Position numbers and translations under genes: made by a program. A stretch of 64,000 nt of DNA from contig CBDFLG010000001.1 of the NCBI GenBank assembly GCA_965249065.1, positions 1,286,646 through 1,350,645 of the forward strand, given 5' to 3'. Within the stretch, counting starts at the first letter, position 1. Each line of letters begins with the position of its first letter. The notes below the pieces were generated by a model. The model had not been told where the DNA came from and searched no databases. It saw only the letters and a list, made by a program, of their open reading frames with translations. This DNA is from Dehalococcoidia bacterium. Lineage in GTDB: Bacteria; Chloroflexota; Dehalococcoidia; Lucifugimonadales; UBA3495. Below, in pieces: positions 47,111-55,938 of the stretch.

Positions 47111-47914
47111 GTCGTAGTAAAAATCGGGGGCAGCACTTTGGGCAGCCATGACACCACCCTGCTGGACCTGGTGGCTTTGCAGCGCGAGGGAACTGAGGTG
47201 GTGGTAGTCCACGGCGGCGGCAACGTCATATCCCGCTGGATGCAGCGCCAAGGCATTCCGCCGCGGTTCGTGGGCGGGCTGCGGGTTACCGACGCCGAGA
47301 GCCTGGAAATTGTGGTGGCGGTGCTGGGCGGCCTGATAAACAAGGAACTGGTCTCGCTGATGGAGCAGTTGGGCGGCAGGTCCATCGGACTCAGCGGCAT
47401 TGACGGCTGTATGCTGACCTGCGGCATCGCCAACCCGGAGCTTGGCTACGTTGGCGAGATTCTGTCGGTAGACACCGGCCCCATCCGCGCCCTGCTGGAT
47501 ACCGGCTACATCCCGATGATTGCGCCGCTGGGGGTTCACCGTTTCGACGGCCCGGATCCTTTGGAACACGCCGGCAAGCCGCTGAACATCAACGGCGACA
47601 CCGTGGCCGGCGAGCTGGCCCGCGAGTTGCAGGCCGAGCGGCTGGTGTTCCTGACCGACGTGGCCGGCGTGATGGACGGCGGAGGCCGGGTGATTTCACG
47701 CCTGGACCAGCGCCGCGCCAACACGCTGCTAAACTCCGGCGTAGTTGGCGGCGGGATGATTCCCAAGCTGCAAGCCTGCCTGCGAGGGCTGGAGGGCGGA
47801 GCAGTGGCCGACATCATAGACGGACGCCACCCCAACGCTCTGCTGGACTGCCTCCAAGGCCGCGCCACCGGCACCACCATAACCATGACCGCCGGACGGC
47901 AGCCGCGCCAGTAG
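47111..47914 (+). CDS. argB: acetylglutamate kinase (start codon unresolved)
   Basis: VVVKIGGSTLGS, VVVVHGGG, GLRVTD, NINGDT and GGMIPK. The track's TTG at 47138 would remove the KIGGS motif, and no ATG/GTG exists between the upstream stop (47078) and that motif. Confidence 0.85.
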   Translation, partial: VVVKIGGSTLGSHDTTLLDLVALQREGTEVVVVHGGGNVISRWMQRQGIPPRFVGGLRVTDAESLEIVVAVLGGLINKELVSLMEQLGGRSIGLSGIDGCMLTCGIANPELGYVGEILSVDTGPIRALLDTGYIPMIAPLGVHRFDGPDPLEHAGKPLNINGDTVAGELARELQAERLVFLTDVAGVMDGGGRVISRLDQRRANTLLNSGVVGGGMIPKLQACLRGLEGGAVADIIDGRHPNALLDCLQGRATGTTITMTAGRQPRQ

Positions 47915-47927
47915 GCGCAGCGAGTTA

Positions 47928-47990
47928 CTCCACGTAGACCGCGCTCTTGGGCCGCGCCTTGCCGCCGTGCACCGATGGCTCGGCGCACCA
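47928..47990. repeat. 63-nt direct repeat, copy A (orphan 3' end of a 967-aa-gene homolog)
   Basis: Identical to 48406..48468. Read on the minus strand it encodes AAKWCAEPSVHGGKARPKSAVYVE-stop. Confidence 0.9.
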
Positions 47991-48090
47991 CTTGGCGGCG
48001 CAGGTAATTGATGCGGTTTCTGATTTGGCTTAATGACATGGTTTCAGCTCCGGCGCGTATTTGGATGGGCTGGCGGGCTGGAAATTTTCA

Positions 48091-48137
48091 CTTTCCCGGT
48101 CATTTCCGGTCATTCCCGGCCATTTCCGGCCATCCGG
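48091..48137. repeat. 4.5 phased 10-bp repeats (minus-strand CCGGRAATGR)
   Basis: ctttcccggt catttccggt cattcccggc catttccggc catccgg. Homologous to 4671..4700. Confidence 0.75.
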
Positions 48138-48402
48138 GGCCGTCGGAGCGCGGTGGGGGCTGGAAGCGGCCGGACTGGTTACGGCTTGCGGGCAAAGCAC
48201 ATCACGCTGCCTCAGTGGCTGGTTGGATTTGGTCTGGGTTTTGGTGTTGGCGTGGGTTCCCGATCGGTACGTTAATAATGCTACGGGGGTGTGCCAGGGG
48301 TTGGCAAGGGGGAAGTGTCAGGAAAAGCGGTGGGCCCGGTTTCAATGCAGAGGACGCAGAGGGGGTGCCCTCGGCAATCAAAAGACCTTGGGCATATCCC
48401 GC

Positions 48403-51306
48403 TCACTCCACGTAGACCGCGCTCTTGGGCCGCGCCTTGCCGCCGTGCACCGATGGCTCGGCGCACCATTTTGCGGCCAGCCGCCGCACGCCCCGGTAGA
48501 CCTCCTCGTCGAAGCCCAGCAGATCGCAGACCACCCGCCGGTCCAGCAGCGCCCGGTTCGCGTCGGCGTCCGCCAGGTAGGCGGGCATCAAGTCAAGCTC
48601 GCGGAACTCGTCGAAGATGCCCTCGGCAGTGGCAAGCTGCGCGTCGCTCAGGGCGCGGAAGTCGAGGACGGGCAGCAATCGTATGACTAGCCGGGTTACA
48701 GTGGCTTTACTGGATTGTTGACGGGTCGAAAGCCACCAGTATGATAAAAGCCCCAAGGTGCAATTGCCCCACAGCGTAAAAGCCTGTTCAAACCTCTTAT
48801 CGCTAAAAGCAATGTTGGGCCATACACGCCCACCAATGGATTCCCGTTCCGTAAAGGCGACTGCAAGTGCTTGTGAGCCAAACGTAAAATCACGGTTCAG
48901 GTGTGCGCGACTGGCGGTTGCCCAAAGTTCAATGGCTCTGGTCTCCATTCCTCTGCGTACTCGCAACTGTGAATCAGGTTTGCATATCAGCCGAGTTTCT
49001 TGCTTGGCATCGTGATTGTATAGGGACGGATAAGTTGCTGTTGGACTCGCCTGTGCTTTCGTGAAGGGTCCTTTATGAGTTGTCATTGTCAGCATTGAAT
49101 CGTGAACGCCCAATTGCCCGACTTCTTGTAGCACAGTAATCGGCAGTTCAAGGACGCTCGGTTGCGCGGGCAAAAGGAGTTTTCCAGCAGAAAGCGAATG
49201 GGCAACTTGCGCTACCGAAGCATCCGCTATTCGGGCTGCGCCCCATCCCCTTTCATAGTCGCCAAGAGGGGCGTCCAAGATTTCACCAACCGGGGATTCG
49301 CCGACATGGATAGTAGAACCTCCGTAAGGCCCATCTTCCAAGCGGCGTACTCCGGTGGTATTCAAGACTGCTTTGGTGATTTCAGAAGCCTCGGCGAAAC
49401 CCGCTGGCCGGGCGGAAAGCGACACGAAGTTGGCGCGAAGGGATGGTCTTTGACTCTCGGCAATTCTGCGGGCGACTACCAAGCATTCCGCCATTCCCGT
49501 GTCAGATGAGAAGGACATATCCTTGCCGTTGGCGGAGATGCTCACTATGGTGATGTCGGTGTATTTGCCAGCTATCAGCTCCCGAAATTTCGCCCACGAA
49601 GCCCCATTGATTGCCGTGAATGGAAGGACGAAAGCCACTATCCCGCCGGGACGGACTTTCCGGTCGGCAAGAGCGGCAAAGGCGGAGGACTGCCCGGCGT
49701 GTCCGTGATAGCAGGTGTTTGCAGTCCGCGCCTTCATACGGGCCGCCATGTCATCCTGGTCTTTCTCGGAAGCGTCGAAGGCGGCAAAGGCGGCGTTCAC
49801 AACCCCGTCGTCAGCGTCGTAATGCTTGGTGTTGCTGGTAAAAGGCGGATTCATTATCACAAGGTGATAACTGAGATCCGACACTTCGACGTTGACGTGG
49901 GCGGCGGTTTCCTCGCCGGCGCTGCCGGTGCGTAGGGCGGGGTCGCTGGTGTTGAAGAGGGTCATCACCGACGACGATTGCAACAGCTCCAGCGAGCCGA
50001 TTTTGACGCTGCCGTCGTCCTGGCGTCCGTAGGGCATAGTGTAGAGGCGGGATTGACCGTAGCCAACTTCAGGCTGGATGCCGGAAAGGGTCGCGCCGGT
50101 GATGTGGATGGCGGAGGGCATAACATCACAGCCGTACAGGACGTCCTCCATCATCACTGGGTGGATGGCTGCGGGGTCGCCGCCGGAAAGTTCGTGGCGG
50201 GCGGCAAACTGCTCGTAGACCGCCGACAACAGGGCGCCGGTGCCGCAGGCGAAATCGCCGACGCGCAGCTTGCCGATGGCGTCGGGGCTGGCCCAATCCA
50301 CGCCCTCTAGCTTGGCGACGGCGAGGCGGGCCAGCAGCGCGGCGGAGGCTGGCAGGGTGTAAAACGTCGCCAGATACTTGCGGTCGGAAATCAGCCGCTG
50401 GAAAACGCGCCCGGTGAGATCATGGGCGTTGTTGACGCCGGAGCCGTTTATGCTGGCGGCAGTGCGACGCAGACGGCGCAAAACCCGCAGGGCGATGGCC
50501 TCCGGAAGCTGCGCCAAAATGTCCCGCCCGATAGCGAAGATGGGCCAATAGTTAATCTGGAGAATGGCAGTCCAAGCCTTCAGTGTTTGATCCTGCGGGT
50601 TGGCAATGGCGTCGCCGCAGACTAGGTTCAGCGGCTTGATGCCTTGGTGCATCCCCGCGATGCGCTCGTGGAAAATCATAGCGTTGGCGATGATGGCGCA
50701 GGCCATGCGGCGGGTCTGCGGCACGTTGTCCATCCCCAGCAGAGCGGCTATATCGGCGGTAACGGCGGGGCGCAGCTTGTCGGCTTCTTCCAGCACATTG
50801 GCAGTGTCGTTGATTCCTTCCTGCAACGCATCAGCCGCCTGTTCAACGGCGCTCTGCGGCACGGAAACCAGCCGAATGAAGTCGGCCAGGTCCAGACATC
50901 CGCCTTCCAGCCAGCCTTCCGTGGGGAACCGCACCGTGTTGGCGCCTTCAGTGGTGAAAAGGCAGTAGGACAGGCGGGCAGCAGCAACGGCGGCTTGCAG
51001 GTCGTCGGCGTCGCCCACATCCTCGGGATAGCGCAAAGCGATGGATGCCTCAATTGAGGAGTAGTTTCCGACAACTTTCAGGCCCAAACGCTCGAGAGCC
51101 TCTTTTTCCGCGGTGTAGGCCGGCAGGTATTCCGCTTCGACTGTGACCGGCGAGCGGTCGGGGCCGGTAATCAGGATGTCGGGGCGCAAACCGGAATGCC
51201 CTTCGATAATCTGGGTGTTCTCCGTAATCACGCTGGACTTGCCGAGCATCGGGCGGAGCAGGTTGCCCAAGGCATTGTTGGCGCTGGGTTCGATGTGGCG
51301 CGGCAT
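48403..51306 (-). CDS. 967-aa fusion: N-terminal nuclease-like region, gamma-class N6-adenine DNA methyltransferase core, large C-terminal region (type IIG-like)
   Basis: GGAGAGAG lies before ATG 51306. N-terminal RPDILITGPDRSPVTVEAEY. Methyltransferase motifs ATFYTLPASAALLA (motif X-like), VGDFACGTGALL (motif I) and LVIMNPPFTSN (motif IV). About 400 unassigned C-terminal residues. Confidence 0.7.
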   Translation of the reverse strand: MPRHIEPSANNALGNLLRPMLGKSSVITENTQIIEGHSGLRPDILITGPDRSPVTVEAEYLPAYTAEKEALERLGLKVVGNYSSIEASIALRYPEDVGDADDLQAAVAAARLSYCLFTTEGANTVRFPTEGWLEGGCLDLADFIRLVSVPQSAVEQAADALQEGINDTANVLEEADKLRPAVTADIAALLGMDNVPQTRRMACAIIANAMIFHERIAGMHQGIKPLNLVCGDAIANPQDQTLKAWTAILQINYWPIFAIGRDILAQLPEAIALRVLRRLRRTAASINGSGVNNAHDLTGRVFQRLISDRKYLATFYTLPASAALLARLAVAKLEGVDWASPDAIGKLRVGDFACGTGALLSAVYEQFAARHELSGGDPAAIHPVMMEDVLYGCDVMPSAIHITGATLSGIQPEVGYGQSRLYTMPYGRQDDGSVKIGSLELLQSSSVMTLFNTSDPALRTGSAGEETAAHVNVEVSDLSYHLVIMNPPFTSNTKHYDADDGVVNAAFAAFDASEKDQDDMAARMKARTANTCYHGHAGQSSAFAALADRKVRPGGIVAFVLPFTAINGASWAKFRELIAGKYTDITIVSISANGKDMSFSSDTGMAECLVVARRIAESQRPSLRANFVSLSARPAGFAEASEITKAVLNTTGVRRLEDGPYGGSTIHVGESPVGEILDAPLGDYERGWGAARIADASVAQVAHSLSAGKLLLPAQPSVLELPITVLQEVGQLGVHDSMLTMTTHKGPFTKAQASPTATYPSLYNHDAKQETRLICKPDSQLRVRRGMETRAIELWATASRAHLNRDFTFGSQALAVAFTERESIGGRVWPNIAFSDKRFEQAFTLWGNCTLGLLSYWWLSTRQQSSKATVTRLVIRLLPVLDFRALSDAQLATAEGIFDEFRELDLMPAYLADADANRALLDRRVVCDLLGFDEEVYRGVRRLAAKWCAEPSVHGGKARPKSAVYVE
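48406..48468. repeat. 63-nt direct repeat, copy B (true 3' end of the 967-aa gene)
   Basis: Identical to 47928..47990. Spacing between the copies is 478 bp. Confidence 0.9.
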
Positions 51307-51529
51307 CTGCTCTCTCCGGCATGAGCGGTTGGCGGCGGGAATTGCCAGCATCCTAGCGCGTGGCGGGCGGCGGCGCAACGGGCGGATGTCAGCGGACGGG
51401 ATAGGCGCGCAACATCAATTGGCGATGGGACATTTGGGCAGCCCGCCGAATCCCGCCGTGTGAAATATGCCGTCCGGTGTGCGATAATCTAGCGGCAATC
51501 TGAGGGTAATCGGGAGAAGAGGACTCGCC

Positions 51530-52720
51530 ATGAGCATCAGCAGCGACTGGATTGACATCGAGAAGAAGTATTATGCCCAGACGGTGCGCCGCCAGCCGGT
51601 GGTCATCGTCCGGGGCGAGGGCACCGAGGTCTGGGACGCCGATGGCAAACAGTACCTGGACTTCGTTGCCGGCTGGGCCGTAAACCAGCTGGGCCACAGT
51701 CACCCGGTCATCACCCAGGCCATCACCGAGCAGGCCGGCACGCTGATTCAGACTTCCAACCAGTTCTACACCGTGCCGCAGTTGCAGCTTGCCGAGATGC
51801 TCATCGAGAACAGTTGCCTGGACCTGGTGTTCTTCGGCAACAGCGGCGCCGAGGCGGTGGAGGGCGCGATGAAGCTGGCGCGGCGCTACGGCAAGCTGCA
51901 CCGCGACGGGGCTTACGAAATCATCACGGCCTTCAACTCCTTCCACGGGCGCACCCAAGCCACCGTCGCGGCTACCGGTCAGCCCCACTATCAGGAGAAC
52001 TTCGCCCCCTTGCTGCCCGGCTTCGTCCACGTGGACTACGACGACGTTGAGGGCGTCATCAACGCCACCACCGAGCGCACCGCCGCCGTGATGGTGGAGC
52101 CGGTGCAGGGGGAGGCCGGCGTGATCATCCCGGCCGACGACTACCTGCAACGCCTGCGCCAGTGGTGCGACAGCCAGGGCATCCTGCTGATATTGGACGA
52201 AGTACAGACTGGCATGGGCCGTCTCGGCAGCCTGTTCGGTTATGAGGAATACGGCGTAGAACCGGACGTGATGACCTTGGCCAAGGGGCTGGGTTACGGC
52301 GTGCCCATCGGGGCCTTCTTGTCCAAGGCCCACGCCCAGGCGTTGGTGCCGGGCGACCACGGCTCCACCTTCGGCGGCAACGCGCTGACCACCGCCGCGG
52401 GCTACGCCGGCACCAAGTACCTCATCGACAACGACATACCCGGCCAAGTCAAGGAAATGGAGCCGTACCTGCTGGGCCGGCTGAACGAGGTCAAGGACCG
52501 GTTCTCCTTCGTGTCCGAGGTGCGCGGCAAGGGCCTGCTGGCGGCCATGGACTTCGAGGACACCATATCGCCGCAGGTGCTGGCCAACGCCAACGAGGCC
52601 GGCCTGCTCCTGAACGGCCCCCGCCCCAACACCGTCCGCTTCATGCCCCCGCTGACGGTAACGCGGGAGGAGGTGGACGAAGCCGCCGAGCGGCTCAGCA
52701 CGGCGCTGGCGAAGATTTAG
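51530..52720 (+). CDS. argD: acetylornithine aminotransferase
   Basis: GWAVNQLGHSHP, NSGAEAVE, DEVQTGMGRLG, TLAKGLG and STFGGN. Confidence 0.9.
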   Translation: MSISSDWIDIEKKYYAQTVRRQPVVIVRGEGTEVWDADGKQYLDFVAGWAVNQLGHSHPVITQAITEQAGTLIQTSNQFYTVPQLQLAEMLIENSCLDLVFFGNSGAEAVEGAMKLARRYGKLHRDGAYEIITAFNSFHGRTQATVAATGQPHYQENFAPLLPGFVHVDYDDVEGVINATTERTAAVMVEPVQGEAGVIIPADDYLQRLRQWCDSQGILLILDEVQTGMGRLGSLFGYEEYGVEPDVMTLAKGLGYGVPIGAFLSKAHAQALVPGDHGSTFGGNALTTAAGYAGTKYLIDNDIPGQVKEMEPYLLGRLNEVKDRFSFVSEVRGKGLLAAMDFEDTISPQVLANANEAGLLLNGPRPNTVRFMPPLTVTREEVDEAAERLSTALAKI

Positions 52721-52746
52721 CCAAGGCATGACTACGGTTCAGCCCG

Positions 52747-52773
52747 CAGGGGCGCACAGCCGTGCGCCCCTGC
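52747..52773. repeat. GGGGCGCAC palindrome (copy 3 of 3, loop inverted relative to copy 2)
   Basis: GCAGGGGCGCAC-AGCC-GTGCGCCCCTGC, 27 nt after the argD stop. Confidence 0.8.
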
Positions 52774-52829
52774 AACCAGGAAGTCGGCAAATCCTTCTCT
52801 TTTTAGGAGAGGGTTAGGGCGTAGGCGTA

Positions 52830-53051
52830 ATGGTAAAACGAGAATTTTATGTAGTAATCGAAAAAGACGAAAGTGGTGGTTTCGTGGGCGAAGTTCCACA
52901 GTTGAAATCGTGTTACGGCTGCGGCAAAACACTGGATGAGCTAATGGCGAATATGCGGATAGCCATCGAACTGTGCCTGGAAGACGACGACTTAGACAGC
53001 CGTTCCGAATTTATCGGGGTATACAAATTAGAGGTTATGGCCGAACTGTGA
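52830..53051 (+). CDS. hicB: HicB-like (UPF0150) antitoxin-fold protein, copy 1
   Basis: FYVVIEKDESGGFVGEVPQLKSCYGCGKTLDELMANMRIAIELCLED. Confidence 0.7.
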   Translation: MVKREFYVVIEKDESGGFVGEVPQLKSCYGCGKTLDELMANMRIAIELCLEDDDLDSRSEFIGVYKLEVMAEL

Positions 53052-53260
53052 TGAAGACTCGCGGATTCTACGTCCTCATCAAGGATGATGGTGAAGGCGG
53101 ATACATAGGAATAGCGCCGGAACTCAAAGGATGCTTGAGTCACGGTCTGACCCTCGATGAACTAATATCAAACATTGAAGAGGTTATACAATTGTGCCTG
53201 GAAGATGGGGAGGATGCAGAAAATCCCTGCTTCTTCGGCATCCAAAAAGTAACTGTCTAA
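53051..53260 (+). CDS. hicB: HicB-like (UPF0150) antitoxin-fold protein, copy 2
   Basis: FYVLIKDDGEGGYIGIAPELKGCLSHGLTLDELISNIEEVIQLCLED. The ATG overlaps the copy 1 stop (TGATG). Confidence 0.7.
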   Translation: MKTRGFYVLIKDDGEGGYIGIAPELKGCLSHGLTLDELISNIEEVIQLCLEDGEDAENPCFFGIQKVTV

Positions 53261-53264
53261 AAAT

Positions 53265-53489
53265 ATGAGCCGGATTCCAGCCCTTCGCGCCAGTGAGGTT
53301 GTCCGCGCTCTTAATCGTCTGGGCTTCCAGGTTATACGGCAGAAAGGCAGCCACATTCGACTCAAGCACCCGGATGGCCGGTACGCCAGCGTTCCCAGCC
53401 ACGGCGCAAGAGAATTTCGCAGAGAATTTATTCTCGACATTCTTAAGCAGGCCCGCGTTGACTTCTCCGATTTCCTCGCTGCCCTATAA
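53265..53489 (+). CDS. hicA: HicA-family mRNA interferase toxin
   Basis: LRASEVVRALNRLGFQVIRQKGSHIRLKHPDGRYASVPSHG...ILKQA. Confidence 0.75.
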   Translation: MSRIPALRASEVVRALNRLGFQVIRQKGSHIRLKHPDGRYASVPSHGAREFRREFILDILKQARVDFSDFLAAL

Positions 53490-53516
53490 CAATCTCAACC
53501 GGAGCATTAACACTCT

Positions 53517-54707
53517 ATGGCAAACGACAGAATCGTCCTCGCCTACAGCGGCGGGCTGGACACCACGGTGGCGGTGCCGTGGCTGAAGGAAAAGTACGGC
53601 GCAGACGTCGTAACCCTGACCGTTGACTTGGGTATGGTTGACTTGGAAACTGCCCGGGAGCGGGCGCTGTCCATCGGCGCGGTGGAGGCAGTGATCGTGG
53701 ACGGGCAGCAGACGCTGGTGGACGAGTTCCTGTTCCCCAGCCTCCAGGCGGGGACAGTCTACGAAGAGCAGTACCCGCTGGCCACCGCGCTGGGCCGCCC
53801 GCTCATCGCTCGCTACCTAGTTGAGGCGGCGCAGGAACACGGCGCCTATGCCGTGGCCCACGGGTGCACCGGCAAGGGCAACGACCAGGTGCGCATCGAG
53901 GTGGGAGTCTCGGCCCTGGACCCGAACATCAGGGTCATCGCGCCCATCCGCGACTGGGGCATGAGCCGCGACGACGAAATCGAGTACGGCCTGGCCCGTG
54001 GACTGCCCATAAACACCCGGGCCAGCCGCTTCTCCACCGACGAAAACCTGTGGGGCCGCAGCGTAGAGGCCGGCGAACTGGAAGACCCGTGGCTGGAGCC
54101 GCCCGAAGACGCCTACCTGTGGACAAAATCCGCCGCTGCCGCGCCCGACGAACCGGCCTACTTGGAAATCGGCTTCGAGCGTGGTATCCCCATCGCCGTA
54201 GACGGCGAAACGATGGCTGGCGTTGACCTGATTCGACACCTGAACAACGTCGGCGGCGGACATGGGGTGGGCCGCATTGACCACGTGGAGAACCGTCTGG
54301 TGGGCATCAAGTCGCGGGAAGTCTACGAATGTCCGGCGGCGGCGATCCTGCACGCGGCCCATAAGGCTTTGGAGACCATGACCCTGAGCAAGGAGCAGGC
54401 GCGGACGAAAGCCCGCATTGCTCAAGAATACTCGGACGTGATCTACAACGGCCTGTGGTTCACGGCCCACCGCGCCGACCTAGACGCCTACGTGCAAAGC
54501 ACCCAGCGTCACGTCGCCGGCGAGGTGCGGCTGAGGCTGCACAAGGGGAGCTGCACCGTCGTGGGGCGGCAGGCTCCTCGCGCCCTCTACAATTACAGAC
54601 TCGCCACCTATGATCGGCAGGACCAGTTCGATCATGCGGCGGCGGCCGGGTTCATCAGCATCTACGGCCTGCCCGTCCGCACCCAGAACCAGGCGCAGCC
54701 GGACTAG
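53517..54707 (+). CDS. argG: argininosuccinate synthase
   Basis: IVLAYSGGLDTT, AHGCTGKGNDQVR, GRIDHVENRLVGIKSRE. Confidence 0.92.
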   Translation: MANDRIVLAYSGGLDTTVAVPWLKEKYGADVVTLTVDLGMVDLETARERALSIGAVEAVIVDGQQTLVDEFLFPSLQAGTVYEEQYPLATALGRPLIARYLVEAAQEHGAYAVAHGCTGKGNDQVRIEVGVSALDPNIRVIAPIRDWGMSRDDEIEYGLARGLPINTRASRFSTDENLWGRSVEAGELEDPWLEPPEDAYLWTKSAAAAPDEPAYLEIGFERGIPIAVDGETMAGVDLIRHLNNVGGGHGVGRIDHVENRLVGIKSREVYECPAAAILHAAHKALETMTLSKEQARTKARIAQEYSDVIYNGLWFTAHRADLDAYVQSTQRHVAGEVRLRLHKGSCTVVGRQAPRALYNYRLATYDRQDQFDHAAAAGFISIYGLPVRTQNQAQPD

Positions 54708-54771
54708 CCCGCGTTTCCATTGACCAGCGAAGTCACACCACGTGATACCGCCACGCAATACGGGAGGACAA

Positions 54772-55938
54772 ATGACCATCGCCGCCCGAATGTTTGACTT
54801 AGGTACCGAGAGCGCCTTTGAGGTTCTGGCGAGGGCCCGCGCTCTGGAGGCCGAGGGCCGGGAAATTATCCACCTGGAAATCGGCGAACCTGACTTCGAC
54901 ACGCCGCGCCATATTATTGAAGCTGGAATGGCAGCTATCAGCGACGGGTTCACCCACTACGGCCCTACCGCCGGGCTGCCGGAGTTGCGGCAGGCCATCG
55001 CCCGCAACAGCCGCGAGGTGCGCGGCACCAACACCGAGCCGGAAAACGTGGTAGTTACTCCGGGCGCCAAGCCCATAATGTTCTACCTGTTGTTGGCTCT
55101 GGGCGAGCCGGGCGTAGAAATTGTTTATCCCAACCCCGGTTTCCCCATCTACGAGTCTATGATCCGTTTCACCGGCTGCACTCCCGTTCCAATGCAGCTT
55201 ATGGAGTCCAAGAACTACCACCCCGACCTTGACCTGTTGGGATCGCAAATAACCGGCAAGACTCGGCTTATGATTCTCAACTCGCCGGAGAACCCCTGCG
55301 GCTCGGCCTTGTCCGAAGGCGAATTACGGACCATTGCCGAGCTGGTGCTGGAGCACCCCAACCTCTACGTCATGGCCGATGAGATATACAAGGACATCCT
55401 CTACACGGGCGAGCATTTCAGCATTGCCTCGATTCCCGGAATGGAAGAGCGAACCATCATCCTGGACGGGTTTTCCAAGAGCTACGCCATGACCGGGTGG
55501 CGGTTGGGCTACGGCATAATGCCACCGGAACTGGTGCCTCACGTGGTCAAGCTGGCGGTCAACAGCGTATCCTGCGCCGCCACCTTCACCCAGAAAGCGG
55601 GCATTGCCGCGCTGGAAGGCCCGCGCGACCAAGTGGAGGCGATGAAGGCGGAGTTTGCCGCCCGCCGCCGACTAATTACCGACGGCCTTCGCAGCATCCC
55701 CGGTATCCGCTGCCCTGAGCCGGAGGGCGCGTTTTACGTCTTCCCCAGCGTTGAGGAAACTGGGCTGTCCAGCCGCGAGTTCGAGGAGCGGGCGATGCAG
55801 GAAGCCGGCGTGGCCCTGCTTTCCGGTTCGGCCTTCGGGCAGTACGGCGATGGCTACGTTCGCTTGTCCTACGCCAACTCTCAGGAAAACATCCGCAAGG
55901 CCATCGAGCGGCTGGACGCTTTCGTCCGCAGCATTTAG
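54772..55938 (+). CDS. class I/II pyridoxal-phosphate aminotransferase (aspartate aminotransferase-like)
   Basis: LEIGEPDFDTP, NSPENPCG and GFSKSYAMTGWRLGY. GGGAGGA lies before ATG 54772. Confidence 0.85.
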   Translation: MTIAARMFDLGTESAFEVLARARALEAEGREIIHLEIGEPDFDTPRHIIEAGMAAISDGFTHYGPTAGLPELRQAIARNSREVRGTNTEPENVVVTPGAKPIMFYLLLALGEPGVEIVYPNPGFPIYESMIRFTGCTPVPMQLMESKNYHPDLDLLGSQITGKTRLMILNSPENPCGSALSEGELRTIAELVLEHPNLYVMADEIYKDILYTGEHFSIASIPGMEERTIILDGFSKSYAMTGWRLGYGIMPPELVPHVVKLAVNSVSCAATFTQKAGIAALEGPRDQVEAMKAEFAARRRLITDGLRSIPGIRCPEPEGAFYVFPSVEETGLSSREFEERAMQEAGVALLSGSAFGQYGDGYVRLSYANSQENIRKAIERLDAFVRSI

